Assembly: GCA_039816705.1 (NCBI GenBank)
Contig: JBCBXF010000001.1
Span: 1-40,583 of the forward strand
Origin: Pseudomonadota bacterium
Lineage (GTDB): Bacteria; Pseudomonadota; Alphaproteobacteria; Rhizobiales; CALHAX01
DNA: 40,583 nucleotides
Direction of reading: 5' to 3'
The translations under genes were made by a program, and so were the position numbers. The notes under the pieces were generated by a model that saw nothing but the letters and a program-made list of their open reading frames with translations, searched no databases and was not told the DNA's origin. Each line of letters begins with the position of its first letter. The stretch's first letter is position 1. Positions 27,147-36,621 of this stretch are shown here, one piece after another.

Positions 27147-28730
27147 TTAGACCGGTATTCGCGCTGTCGCTTTCAGCCCACCGAGATCGTTGCTGTCCTC
27201 GAGCCAGATGTCTCCGCCATGCGAGCGGGCAATGTCCCGCGCGATTGCAAGCCCAAGACCTGTGTTGCCCTCATCCTGGTTACGCGCCACGTCGAGGCGG
27301 TAGAACGGCCGGAACACGTCCTCGCGGTCTTGCGTTGGGATGCCCGGCCCATCGTCTTCGACATCGATCGAAAGCCAGCGCCGGGTTGGTCGCACCGTGA
27401 TACGGATCTCGTCGCCAAACCTCGCTGCGTTCGTCACAAGGTTGACGATCGAGCGCTTGAAGGCATGGCGGCGGAGCGGAATGATGAGGCGGCCCGCGTC
27501 GTCGCCACTCGCATCGAGACGCGTGAGTTGCTTGTTGGCGGCGCGCGCGAGCCCACGACCACCGGGCGCCTCAACGAGGCTCAGCGTTTTGCCGAAGTGC
27601 GCGGCCTCATCGCGGATTTCCTCCATCAGCGCCATCACGTCCGTGGGCGTCGTCGGTTCGCCCTCGTCGCCTTTCGTGAACGCCATGTAGTCAGCCAGCA
27701 TAAGCTGCATCTCGTTGATATCGTCACGCAATGCGGCCGCTTCATCGGTGTCGCCCAGCATGGCGACCTGCAGCTTGAACCGCGTCAAAATAGTGCGCAG
27801 GTCATGGCTCACGCCGGCGAGCATCGTGGTGCGCTGCTCGACATGCTTCTCGATCCGGTCACGCATATCCATGAAGGCTTCCGCCGCCTGACGGACCTCG
27901 CGCGCGCCACGTGGGCGCAGCTCCTTCGTCGTCGTTCGTCCCTTACCGAACTGATCGACAGCCTGGCTCAGCGTGAGAATTGGCTTGATCTGGTTGCGCA
28001 GAAAAACAATCGCGACGGACAGCAGCACGAGTGACGTACCAATCATCCATGCGAGAAAAATGTGCGAGTTGGACGCGTAAGTCTGATTGCGTCGCGCGGT
28101 AAAGCGCAGAACCGCGTCTTCTAGCTTGATCCGCACTTCCACGTGCTTCGAACGCCCGATCGTATCGATCCAGAACGGCGCATCGATATGCTCACGGATT
28201 TCCTGTGACAGCGTCCGGTCGAGTAGATCGAAAAACGGTTTCGGGCGCGCCGCGGGAAGCTCACCGGTCGGCAGGATTTGCAACGACATGTCGAACCGGT
28301 TCCGCGCCATGTCGATCAGGCCACGATAATTGTCGTTCGCATTGTAGGATTCATAAAAATCCGTCACCGCCGCAATCTGCCCGGCGGCCGATGACGACAA
28401 CCGCCGTGTCACAGACTCCCAGTGCCGCTCCATGAAAACGAACGCAACGACGGATTCAAGGATGACAATCGGCGTAATGATGATCAGCAGGGCGCGTGCA
28501 TAAAGCCCCTTCGGAAGCAGTTCGGAGACAATGTCACCAAGCTGTCGAAACGCCGGTCCAACGGTGCTGCGCAGGAAGGTTTTCATACCCTGCCATCGTT
28601 CAGCGATGCTGCGTTTCGGCGGGCGCTCGAGGATCGGGATCACAGGCCGACGCGATGTGTCGCCAGAAGAGGCGTCACCACGATGCGTGTCACGCATCAT
28701 ATCGTCGGGTTGATCGCTTACGCTCGCCAT
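27147..28730 (-). CDS. EnvZ/CenK-like two-TM sensor histidine kinase (HAMP-HisKA-HATPase)
   Basis: Two TM segments (ALLIIITPIVILESVVAFVF; IFLAWMIGTSLVLLSVAIVFL), H-box MLAGVSHDLRTILTRF, N-box VNLVTNAARF, G1 DVEDDGPGIP, G2 GNTGLGLAIARDIARSHGG. Confidence 0.88.
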   Translation of the reverse strand: MASVSDQPDDMMRDTHRGDASSGDTSRRPVIPILERPPKRSIAERWQGMKTFLRSTVGPAFRQLGDIVSELLPKGLYARALLIIITPIVILESVVAFVFMERHWESVTRRLSSSAAGQIAAVTDFYESYNANDNYRGLIDMARNRFDMSLQILPTGELPAARPKPFFDLLDRTLSQEIREHIDAPFWIDTIGRSKHVEVRIKLEDAVLRFTARRNQTYASNSHIFLAWMIGTSLVLLSVAIVFLRNQIKPILTLSQAVDQFGKGRTTTKELRPRGAREVRQAAEAFMDMRDRIEKHVEQRTTMLAGVSHDLRTILTRFKLQVAMLGDTDEAAALRDDINEMQLMLADYMAFTKGDEGEPTTPTDVMALMEEIRDEAAHFGKTLSLVEAPGGRGLARAANKQLTRLDASGDDAGRLIIPLRRHAFKRSIVNLVTNAARFGDEIRITVRPTRRWLSIDVEDDGPGIPTQDREDVFRPFYRLDVARNQDEGNTGLGLAIARDIARSHGGDIWLEDSNDLGGLKATARIPV

Positions 28731-28751
28731 GCTGCGGGGATGCTCCGCCCG

Positions 28752-29516
28752 TCAATCGCAGTGGAGGATATAACCCTTGCCGCGCACTGTCTGCAGATAG
28801 ACAGGATTGGCCGGGTCGGCTTCGATCTTCCGTCGCAACCGATTGATCTGCACGTCGATTGCGCGTTCGCTTCCCGTCGTTTCTTCTGCAAACAATTCGT
28901 GCCGCGGGATAACGTCACCAACGCGGGACGCGAACAATCGCATCAACTCGCGCTCCCGCTCGGTGAGCTTGATGCTGCCGTCACCGTCCCGCAGCTCGCC
29001 TCGCGTAATCTGGAAGAGTTTTGTCCCCATGCGGATCTCCTGAACGGACTGGTCCTCGACGTCCATCCGCTTCAGTACGTTGTTGATCCGCAGGAGCAGT
29101 TCACGTGGCTCAAACGGTTTCACGATGTAGTCGTCAACACCGGATTCGAGCCCCTCGATCCGCTCATCCGTCTCGCCCCGCGCGGTAATCATGAGGATCG
29201 GGATTTCCGACGACTGGCGCAGCGTTTGTGCGAAAGAAAGCCCGTCCACGCCCGGCATCATGCGGTCAAGCACCAGCAGGTCGAACACCAGTCCCTGCAT
29301 GAGCGTTTCAGCCGTTGCCACATCCTTTGCCGCTGACACGCGATATTGGTGATCTTTCAGATAGCGCTTGAGAAGGTCGCGAATGCGTTGGTCATCATCG
29401 ACGATGAGGATGTGCGACGCATCGTTTGCAAGGCTCGCCGGTGTCGTACGCCTCGCTTGAGGCGCCGGGCGCGTGCCATCGCGGTTCGTCTCTGCTGTGG
29501 TGTCACGTTCGCGCAT
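28752..29516 (-). CDS. OmpR-family response regulator (CenR/PetR-like)
   Basis: Receiver domain ILIVDDDQRIRDLL...FDLLVLDRMMPGVDG...ILMITARGE...DDYIVKPFEPRELLLRI. Winged helix ELFAEETTGSERAIDVQINRLRRKIE...YLQTVRGKGYIL. The ATG overlaps the MarR TAA by 1 nt. Confidence 0.9.
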   Translation of the reverse strand: MRERDTTAETNRDGTRPAPQARRTTPASLANDASHILIVDDDQRIRDLLKRYLKDHQYRVSAAKDVATAETLMQGLVFDLLVLDRMMPGVDGLSFAQTLRQSSEIPILMITARGETDERIEGLESGVDDYIVKPFEPRELLLRINNVLKRMDVEDQSVQEIRMGTKLFQITRGELRDGDGSIKLTERERELMRLFASRVGDVIPRHELFAEETTGSERAIDVQINRLRRKIEADPANPVYLQTVRGKGYILHCD

Positions 29517-30136
29517 TACGCAGCCTTGCTGTCTGAGGAAGCGCGTGCATCCGCCTGCGGTGCACCGACCGCGACATTCGCGCCCGCTTCGATCATCGCG
29601 GTGAGCGCATCGCGATCATCAGGCGCAATCATCGCTGTCAGGAACCGTGAGACAGCCGCATGCTCCGCGTCCTGACCCGCCGCCGCCAGAGCTTCTGCAA
29701 TCCGCGCCTGCTGGGGCGCAACGAGGCGTGCATAGAGCGCTGCACCACGTTCGGTCAGATAGAGACGACGCTCTCGTCGATCCGCCTCGCCCATCCGCTG
29801 CTCAACATCGCCACGCGCCACCAGTTCGCGCAGGATCGGCGCAAGGCTCTGCTTCGTGATGTTGAGCACCACAAGCAGGCGCGCCACTCGAATACCCGGA
29901 TGTCGATGCACAAAGTGCAACACGCGGTGATGTGCGCGTCCGAAGTTCATGTCTTCGAGGATGGCATCCGGCTCGTGCACAAAATCCCGGTAGGCGAAGA
30001 ACAGCAGTTCGATAAAGCCCATCACATCGGGCGCAGAGAGTTGGTCAGGCGATGAAGCTGCGTGGAGCACCCCATTGCCCTGATCGCGCGCCTCCGCCGG
30101 CGGTGCGTTACGCCCGTTTGGAATTAGGTCAGCCAT
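29516..30136 (-). CDS. MarR-family transcriptional regulator (PetP-like position upstream of the response regulator)
   Basis: HRVLHFVHRHPGIRVARLLVVLNITKQSLAPILRELVARGDVEQRMGEADRRERRLYLTERGAALYARL. Confidence 0.85.
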   Translation of the reverse strand: MADLIPNGRNAPPAEARDQGNGVLHAASSPDQLSAPDVMGFIELLFFAYRDFVHEPDAILEDMNFGRAHHRVLHFVHRHPGIRVARLLVVLNITKQSLAPILRELVARGDVEQRMGEADRRERRLYLTERGAALYARLVAPQQARIAEALAAAGQDAEHAAVSRFLTAMIAPDDRDALTAMIEAGANVAVGAPQADARASSDSKAA

Positions 30137-30278
30137 GTTGACCTATTTTCATCCTCATGCTTACGTCGCGCAAGCGTTTTCGCCGAACTTGTCGGTCAGG
30201 ACCGCTCTGATGACGCAAGGCATCGAGCGATTTGATGGCTGTCATAGGCGAGCACGCCGCACCCTGCAAATCGCCTGC

Positions 30279-30296
30279 AAACGATGCGTATCGTTT
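30279..30296. repeat. Perfect palindrome AAACGAT-gcgt-ATCGTTT in the marR/ilvE divergent intergenic region
   Basis: Read directly, 50 nt upstream of the ilvE ATG at 30346. Confidence 0.3.
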
Positions 30297-30345
30297 AGGT
30301 TCTGCATCGGGTGACGAGAGGCACTCGGTCAGGGATCACGGACGA

Positions 30346-31236
30346 ATGGCAGACGCTCCACCATATGACGATCGCGACGGCTTCATCTGGATGGACGGTG
30401 CGATGGTGCCGTGGCGTGATGCCAATCTCCACGTGCTGAGCCATGGGCTGCACTACGCCTCGAGCGTTTTCGAGGGCGAGCGGGCTTATGGCGGCGAAAT
30501 CTTCAAACTAACCGAGCACACGGAACGCCTTTTCGAATCCGCGCGTATCCTCGGGTTTGAGATTCCATTTTCGGTCGCCGAGATAGATGAGGCCTGTCGC
30601 GAGGTCATGCGCGTCAACGATCTGGTCGATTGTTATGTCCGCCCCGTCGCGTGGCGCGGCAGTGGTGAAATGGGTGTCTCGGCGAGGAAGGCGGGCGTTC
30701 ATGTCGCGATCTGTGCATGGAACTGGGGGTCATATTTCGATCCCGCCGAGCGGCTGAAAGGCATTCGTCTGACGAACGCGGAGTATCGCCGTCCAGATCC
30801 GGCAACAATTCCCTGCAAAGCGAAAGCGGCTGGCCTCTACATGATCTGCACTTTGGAGAAACACCGCGCAGAAGACGCAGGTTATGCCGATGCGTTGATG
30901 CTTGATTGGCGCGGCCATGTTGCTGAGTGCACGGGTGCAAACATCTTCTTCATCAAGGACGGTGCGATCCACACACCGACGCCGGATTGCTTCCTGAATG
31001 GCATCACCCGCCAAACGGTGATCGATCTCGCGAAGGCCCGCGGCATCGAAGTCAGCGAACGGACCATTCTCCCGGACGAACTGCCAAGCTTTTCCGAGTG
31101 CTTCATCACAGGCACCGCAGCCGAGGTGACACCGGTTTCGCAGATTGGCGACGTGCACTACCAGCCGGGCCGGATCTGCGAAGATCTTCTGAACGACTTC
31201 ATGGCGACAGTGACCCCGGCAAGCGCTGCCGCGTGA
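30346..31236 (+). CDS. ilvE: Branched-chain amino acid aminotransferase (fold type IV)
   Basis: GFIWMDGAMVPWRDANLHVLSHGLHYASSVFEGERAY, VRPVAWRG, AKAAGLYM, ECTGANIFFIKDGAIHTP, ITGTAAEVTPV. The track ORF begins at 30232. ATG 30346 gives the usual ~296 aa. Confidence 0.9.
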   Translation: MADAPPYDDRDGFIWMDGAMVPWRDANLHVLSHGLHYASSVFEGERAYGGEIFKLTEHTERLFESARILGFEIPFSVAEIDEACREVMRVNDLVDCYVRPVAWRGSGEMGVSARKAGVHVAICAWNWGSYFDPAERLKGIRLTNAEYRRPDPATIPCKAKAAGLYMICTLEKHRAEDAGYADALMLDWRGHVAECTGANIFFIKDGAIHTPTPDCFLNGITRQTVIDLAKARGIEVSERTILPDELPSFSECFITGTAAEVTPVSQIGDVHYQPGRICEDLLNDFMATVTPASAAA

Positions 31237-31239
31237 TCG

Positions 31240-31746
31240 CTATCGCACCAGCGTCTTTTCCATGAACACACTAAGCGGATCTTCGGCATACGCGCCGAAC
31301 GGTCCGCGTGTGCGGTAACCGCATTTCTCGTAGAGGCGGATCGCGTCCGGCTGATGGATACCCGTCTCCAGTCGGGCAATGGCGATGCCCTCTGCCAGCA
31401 GTGCGGTCTCGAGTGCTTCCAAGATGCGCGCGCCAAGCCCGACACCGCGCCCGGCCGGCGCCACAAACATCCGTTTGATCTCACCATAATCCGCAGCGCC
31501 GTCGCGTGCTGTGACACGCAAACCGGCGCCACAACCGATAGCCGCCCCTTTGTGACGCGCCACCAGAAAGATCGTCGACTCACTGGCGAGCACGTCGATT
31601 GGAACGAAGTGATTGCTCTCGGCCGGGTAAAGATCACGTTGCAGCTGATCAAGCGCTTCGATTAGCGCGCGCACGTCAGCCTGCTCCACCGGTTCGGCAC
31701 TGATCGTCACGCCATCATCATCGGGCAGTCGCGAAGGACGGGTCAT
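31240..31746 (-). CDS. GNAT-family N-acetyltransferase
   Basis: Acetyl-CoA motif IKRMFVAPAGRGVGLGARILEALE...ARLETGIHQPDAIRLYEKCGY. ATGA overlap with the moaE stop. Confidence 0.85.
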   Translation of the reverse strand: MTRPSRLPDDDGVTISAEPVEQADVRALIEALDQLQRDLYPAESNHFVPIDVLASESTIFLVARHKGAAIGCGAGLRVTARDGAADYGEIKRMFVAPAGRGVGLGARILEALETALLAEGIAIARLETGIHQPDAIRLYEKCGYRTRGPFGAYAEDPLSVFMEKTLVR

Positions 31747-32207
31747 TTCGCCTGGTGGTCAGACCAGCGCGCGGCCGCGGCATCATCGCTTGCGCGCGCC
31801 TCGACCCAACGCGTGCCATCCGCCGTCTCTTCTTTCTTCCAGAATGGCGCCCGTGTCTTTAAGTCGTCCATCAGAAACGCGGCAGCGTCGAAGGCTGCCT
31901 GACGATGGGCTGACAGCGTCACGACAAGCACAATGTTTTCACCGGGCTCGAGCCGTCCGCAGCGGTGCAGAACAAGGCAGTCATCCAGCGGCCAGCGGGA
32001 TCGGGCATCAGATTCCAACGCCGCCAGCGCCCTTTCCGTCATGCCGGGGTAATGCTCCAGCGTCATCGCCGCGACGTGATCAGTGCCACCGAGATCTCGC
32101 ACCGTGCCCGTGAAGGACACGATCGCACCAATGTCCGTGCGGTCACCGCGCAGCGCCGAAATTTCGGCGCCGATGTCAAAGTTTTCCTCCTGGACCCGGA
32201 CAGCCAT
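31743..32207 (-). CDS. moaE: Molybdopterin synthase catalytic subunit
   Basis: IGAIVSFTGTVRD...MTLEHYPGMTERAL...VVTLSAHRQAAFDAAAFLMDDLKTRAPFWKKE. Confidence 0.9.
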   Translation of the reverse strand: MAVRVQEENFDIGAEISALRGDRTDIGAIVSFTGTVRDLGGTDHVAAMTLEHYPGMTERALAALESDARSRWPLDDCLVLHRCGRLEPGENIVLVVTLSAHRQAAFDAAAFLMDDLKTRAPFWKKEETADGTRWVEARASDDAAAARWSDHQAK

Positions 32208-32210
32208 GCT

Positions 32211-32462
32211 TCACCCACCCGTCACCGGCGGGAAGAATGCGATCTCGCGCGCCTCGGTCACCGCGGCGTCATGCGACGCATGCTCCTGATCGACCGCAAC
32301 GCGGATCAATTCGGGTTGTGCAAAGGCCGCGGCATACCCTTCATCGCGGCCCGACAGCCAGCGGATCAGCCCGGCGACATCTTTGACATCATCTGGCAGC
32401 TCGAGCGTTTCGGAACCCGTCCCGACCTTCTCGCGCACCCATGCAAAATACAGCAGCGTCAC
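32211..32462 (-). CDS. moaD: Molybdopterin synthase sulfur-carrier subunit
   Basis: 83 aa: MTLLYFAWVREKVG...EIAFFPPVTGG, ending in the obligatory C-terminal GG. Sits directly upstream of moaE. Confidence 0.9.
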   Translation of the reverse strand: MTLLYFAWVREKVGTGSETLELPDDVKDVAGLIRWLSGRDEGYAAAFAQPELIRVAVDQEHASHDAAVTEAREIAFFPPVTGG

Positions 32463-32510
32463 GCAGCGCCTCCGATGTGCAAACCCTCTACCCGTTCATC
32501 TGTCGCCAAT

Positions 32511-33116
32511 TTAGTAGTCGCGCTCAAGCACATGGCGCAGTCCGGCGCGGAAATAATCGTACCCGGTATAGAGCGTGACCAGCGCCGCCGCCCAGAGCAG
32601 CGTCAGCCCCACAGTGGACGTATAGACCCAGATGTCATCGCCCGCCGGCCCTATGAGCAGGATACCGATGGCCGCCATCTGCATTGTCGTCTTGTACTTC
32701 GCGAGCTGCGTCACAGGCACACTCACGGAAAGCTGACCGAGATATTCCCGCAGTCCCGAGACCAGGATCTCGCGCGAGAGGATGATGATCGCGGCCCAGA
32801 GTGACCAGTCGCCGATGATATCCTCACCCACCAACATCAAAAGCGCGACACCGACCAACAATTTGTCAGCAATCGGATCAAGCATGCGCCCAAGCGATGA
32901 TTGTTGCTCCCAGATCCGCGCGAGATAACCATCAAAGAAATCGGTTACAGCCGCTGCGATGAACAGCCCGACAGCGATCCAGTTCGCCTTGTTGCCTTCA
33001 AGAAAGAAGAAGCAGGCCGCCATGCCCGGCACGGCCAGGATCCGCCCGTAGGTCAGGCAGTTGGGAACGTTGAGCGCCACCCACTTCTGCTTGCTCTGAA
33101 CGTTGTTGATGGTCAT
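32511..33116 (-). CDS. pgsA: CDP-diacylglycerol--glycerol-3-phosphate 3-phosphatidyltransferase
   Basis: CDP-alcohol phosphatidyltransferase motif DFFDGYLARIWEQQSSLGRMLDPIADKL, multiple TM helices, and the uvrC-pgsA-moaD-moaE order. Confidence 0.9.
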   Translation of the reverse strand: MTINNVQSKQKWVALNVPNCLTYGRILAVPGMAACFFFLEGNKANWIAVGLFIAAAVTDFFDGYLARIWEQQSSLGRMLDPIADKLLVGVALLMLVGEDIIGDWSLWAAIIILSREILVSGLREYLGQLSVSVPVTQLAKYKTTMQMAAIGILLIGPAGDDIWVYTSTVGLTLLWAAALVTLYTGYDYFRAGLRHVLERDY

Positions 33117-33267
33117 GCCCGTTCACCCGGTGCGGACGGGAAATGCGGCAGGGGCCGCGTGCATCCGTCATCGCGAGATAGACCACCCGCAGGCGCAAGC
33201 GTCAATTGCACCAAGGGCGCAGCGGAGCGGCCTAACCACGTCACTCACAGCCAATGTTCCACCAACA

Positions 33268-35328
33268 TCACGATGGTGTGTCATGGAAGAAGTCGTACAC
33301 CGCTTGCGCCATCTGTTCGGAGATCCCTGATACGCTCCGCAGGTCCGCAACACCGGCGCGGCTCACCGCCTTGGCGGAACCGAAATGCTGCAGCAAGGCG
33401 CGCTTGCGCGTTGGCCCGATCCCGTCAATTTCATCCAACGGGTTTTGGGTGATCGCTTTCTTGCGCCGCGCCCGATGGCTGCCAATCGCAAAACGGTGTG
33501 CTTCATCGCGCAGCCGCTGCACGAAGTAGAGCACCGGATCACGCGCTTCGAGCATGAACGTGCGCCCATCCGGCAGATAGAAGTGCTCGCGTCCGGCATC
33601 CCGGTCCGGGCCTTTTGCGATACCGACCAGCGGAACCTGTCCGCTGAGCCCGAGGTCTTCGAGGACACTTTCAACCGACGAGAGCTGGCCTTTGCCACCG
33701 TCGATCAACACGAGGTCTGGCCAGGGCGGGATGGTGGAGTTGTCGGCGACCTGCGTACTGTCTTCCGGCTCGCGCGTCGCGCCATCTTCAGCCTTCGCTG
33801 AGATTGCGGCCGCGGCATCGGGCGCACTGTCGGCGTGTTCCTTGATCAGCCGCTTGAACCGTCGCGTCAGCATCTCACGCATCATCCCGAAATCGTCGCC
33901 GGGCGTCAGCTCTTCACTGTCCATGTTGAACTTGCGGTAGTGATTTTTCGCGAACCCATCCGGTCCGGAGACGATCATAGCCCCCACGGCATTCGTGCCC
34001 TGGATATGGCTGTTGTCGTACACCTCGATCCGACGCGGGATGTCATCGAGCCCGAACGCGTCGCGCACACCCTCAAGCAGACGCCGCTGTGAATTGGATT
34101 CCGCCAGCCTTCGCCCGAGGGCTTCTTTCGCGTTCGAGAGCGCATGCATGACCAACTCGCGCTTTGTCCCGCGTTGCGGCGCGGTGACGCTCACTTTCCG
34201 CTCTGCTTTCGTCGAGAGTGCCTCCGCAAGGATGTCAGCGCCAGCGACGTCATGGGAAAGCAGCACCATGCGCGGCGGCGGCTTGTCGTCGTAAAACTGC
34301 GCCAGAAACGCCTCGAGCACATCGGCAACGTCGATGCTCTTGTCCGCCTTCGGATAGTAGGCCCGATTTCCCCAGTTCTGCCCGCTACGGAAGAAAAAGA
34401 CCTGCACGCAGACCTGCCCCGCCTCCTGATGCGCGGCAAAAACGTCCGCCTCTTCAACACCCTGCGGGTTGATGCCCTGATGCGATGTGACATGGCTGAG
34501 CGCCCAGAGCCGATTGCGATACCGCGCCGCCTGTTCGTACTCCATCGCCTCAGACGCCGTGCTCATAAGCGCATGCAGCTTGTCCCGCACTTTCGTGCTC
34601 CGGCCTTTCAGGAAGGCGCGCGCCTCGTCAACAAGCGCCGCATAGTCGGGGCCGGAAATCTCGCCCGTACACGGGCCGGCGCAGCGCTTGATTTGATAGA
34701 GCAGGCACGGTCGCGTGCGCGATTCATAAACACTGTCGGAGCACGAGCGGAGTAAAAAGGCGCGCTGCAGTGTGTTGATGGTCCGGTTCACCGCACCAGC
34801 TGATGCAAAGGGACCGAAATAATCTCCCTTCCGCTTGCGCGCCCCGCGATGTTTGAGTAACTGCGGCGCCTCGTGATCCGCGCCAATCAGGATGTAGGGG
34901 AATGATTTGTCGTCCCGCAGCAACACATTGTAGCGCGGCCGCAGCCGCTTGATCATGTTCGCTTCGAGCAGCAGCGCTTCCGATTCTGTCCGGGTGGTCA
35001 CAAACTCCATCGCCGCCGTCGCCAGGATCATCCGGGCGATGCGGTTCGACTGCCCGGCTATCCGGGTATAACTGGCGATCCGCTTTTTGACGCTCCGCGC
35101 CTTGCCGACATAGAGCACCTCACCATGGTTGTTCAGCATGCGGTAGACGCCGGGGCCGGACGGCGCCGTTTTCAGATATGTCGCGATCACATTCGGCCCG
35201 GTCTTCGGTGCCCCGGTCTCCGCGCGATCTCCGGCATCATCGCGCAGCTGCGACGAGACGTTTGCCTCGTCGCTGGAGGCTTCTGTCGTGGTCGTCGGCA
35301 CCTCGGGTTTTTTCGACATCTGGCTCAT
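33268..35328 (-). CDS. uvrC: Excinuclease ABC subunit C
   Basis: GIY-YIG motif [30 protein letters not shown], UvrBC domain [15 protein letters not shown]-terminal (HhH)2 [25 protein letters not shown]. Confidence 0.95.
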   Translation of the reverse strand: MSQMSKKPEVPTTTTEASSDEANVSSQLRDDAGDRAETGAPKTGPNVIATYLKTAPSGPGVYRMLNNHGEVLYVGKARSVKKRIASYTRIAGQSNRIARMILATAAMEFVTTRTESEALLLEANMIKRLRPRYNVLLRDDKSFPYILIGADHEAPQLLKHRGARKRKGDYFGPFASAGAVNRTINTLQRAFLLRSCSDSVYESRTRPCLLYQIKRCAGPCTGEISGPDYAALVDEARAFLKGRSTKVRDKLHALMSTASEAMEYEQAARYRNRLWALSHVTSHQGINPQGVEEADVFAAHQEAGQVCVQVFFFRSGQNWGNRAYYPKADKSIDVADVLEAFLAQFYDDKPPPRMVLLSHDVAGADILAEALSTKAERKVSVTAPQRGTKRELVMHALSNAKEALGRRLAESNSQRRLLEGVRDAFGLDDIPRRIEVYDNSHIQGTNAVGAMIVSGPDGFAKNHYRKFNMDSEELTPGDDFGMMREMLTRRFKRLIKEHADSAPDAAAAISAKAEDGATREPEDSTQVADNSTIPPWPDLVLIDGGKGQLSSVESVLEDLGLSGQVPLVGIAKGPDRDAGREHFYLPDGRTFMLEARDPVLYFVQRLRDEAHRFAIGSHRARRKKAITQNPLDEIDGIGPTRKRALLQHFGSAKAVSRAGVADLRSVSGISEQMAQAVYDFFHDTPS

Positions 35329-35589
35329 GCCGGCGTTATGAGCCGCACTGCATCAACCGGCAAGACGATCGACCGTCACGCCTGGCGAACCGTGGAGAAA
35401 GATGTGGGTGGCGACATAAGCGCTGTCGTCCCTTTCGGCACCAGGCGCGATGGTCAAAATGCTGCCGCATCAAACCTTTTCTTAACCCTGATCGCGGCAC
35501 GCTTGCGGGGAGTGCCAAGTCCGATTGATCACACGTCCTGTTGCGCAGCGCGGCGGACGGGATCGATTGTCTCGAGTATCGGGGGTCTC

Positions 35590-36615
35590 ATGGATACCAT
35601 TGCCCAGCGTGCGGCGCCGAAGCGCGCGCGCCACAAAAACACAGTCGCTACCGCAGCAGGGTTGGCGGCAGCCGCACTAACGTCCGTCGCCATCAGCAGT
35701 GTTGCCTCCGCCGCGATCACCCCGGCAATTCAGCTGTCGTCGACAAACACCGTGCCCGCTTGCGTGACGCCGAGCCGACTGATGGCTTATCTCAAGCGCC
35801 GCAACAAAAAGCTGCCGAAGCGCTTCAACAGCGTGGCCAGTGAGTATCTCAAGCACGGCAAGGATCTTGGGGTGCGTTGGGACTATGCATTCTTTCAGAT
35901 GATCGTCGAGACGAACTACCTCAAGTATCGCCGCGCCAACGGCTCGTGGGGCGATGTCCGCCCACATCAGAACAATTTCGCCGGTATCGGCGCAACGGGC
36001 GGCGGTGTGCCCGGTGAGAAATTCCGCAGCGTCAGCGACGGCGTACGTGCCCACATTCAGCACATCAAGATGTACTCAGGCGAACGCATCCAGCGCCCGG
36101 TCGCTAAGCGCACGAAGCTTGTGCAGGACTGGATGCTGCCGTGGGCGCGCGGCTTCAATCGTCCGGTGACCTACACCGACCTCACTAAAAAGTGGTCGCC
36201 GAGCGACCGCGGCTATTCGAACGATATCGAGCAAGTCGCAGTGCGCTACCGCAAGATCTATTGCAAGAACCAGCCGACAATCCCGACGGGCGACGCCGAT
36301 GAGCAAACGGCCAGCATCCCGCCGGAAGACACCAAGACGGAAGTCGCTCAGATCGATCCTTCACCAAGTGCGGCTGCATCGCAGGCTTGCCGCGTCTGGA
36401 CAGCAAAGTTCGACAATGGGGTACGTGGGCTGCTGATCCGCTCGACGCGTGACAGCACGACACATTACACGGCGCTGGAAGTTCAAAAGGGCCAGGAGTC
36501 GGCGCAGGCTGACGCCTACATCGCCCGCTATGCGCCCGGTGGCCGTCCGATCGCGCAATTCGAGACGCACACGTCCGCGCTCAATCGCGCATTTGAACTC
36601 TGCCCCACGGGTTAA
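35590..36615 (+). CDS. Secreted glucosaminidase/lysozyme-like peptidoglycan hydrolase candidate with an unknown two-Cys C-terminal domain
   Basis: Signal or anchor segment TVATAAGLAAAALTSVAISSVASAA. WDYAFFQMIVETNYLKY...HQNNFAGIGATGGG resembles the Glu-containing core of glucosaminidase (PF01832-type) domains. ATG 35590. The track ORF from 35125 runs antisense through uvrC. Confidence 0.55.
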   Translation: MDTIAQRAAPKRARHKNTVATAAGLAAAALTSVAISSVASAAITPAIQLSSTNTVPACVTPSRLMAYLKRRNKKLPKRFNSVASEYLKHGKDLGVRWDYAFFQMIVETNYLKYRRANGSWGDVRPHQNNFAGIGATGGGVPGEKFRSVSDGVRAHIQHIKMYSGERIQRPVAKRTKLVQDWMLPWARGFNRPVTYTDLTKKWSPSDRGYSNDIEQVAVRYRKIYCKNQPTIPTGDADEQTASIPPEDTKTEVAQIDPSPSAAASQACRVWTAKFDNGVRGLLIRSTRDSTTHYTALEVQKGQESAQADAYIARYAPGGRPIAQFETHTSALNRAFELCPTG

Positions 36616-36621
36616 AGCGAT

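Noticed and set aside
27102-29336. 310-aa and 304-aa + strand ORFs (27102..28034, 28422..29336)
   Set aside because: They are antisense to the EnvZ-like kinase and the OmpR-type regulator, both of which carry complete canonical motifs. No domains are recognisable in the + strand translations.
35125-35589. Upstream 155 codons of the 496-aa ORF containing the glucosaminidase-like gene
   Set aside because: This part overlaps the uvrC 5' end in antisense and the intergenic region. The translation is Arg/Gly-rich. A good ATG at 35590 precedes a signal or anchor sequence.
35329-35589. Alphaproteobacterial SOS box (GTTC-N7-GTTC) upstream of uvrC
   Set aside because: No such motif is seen in the intergenic region.
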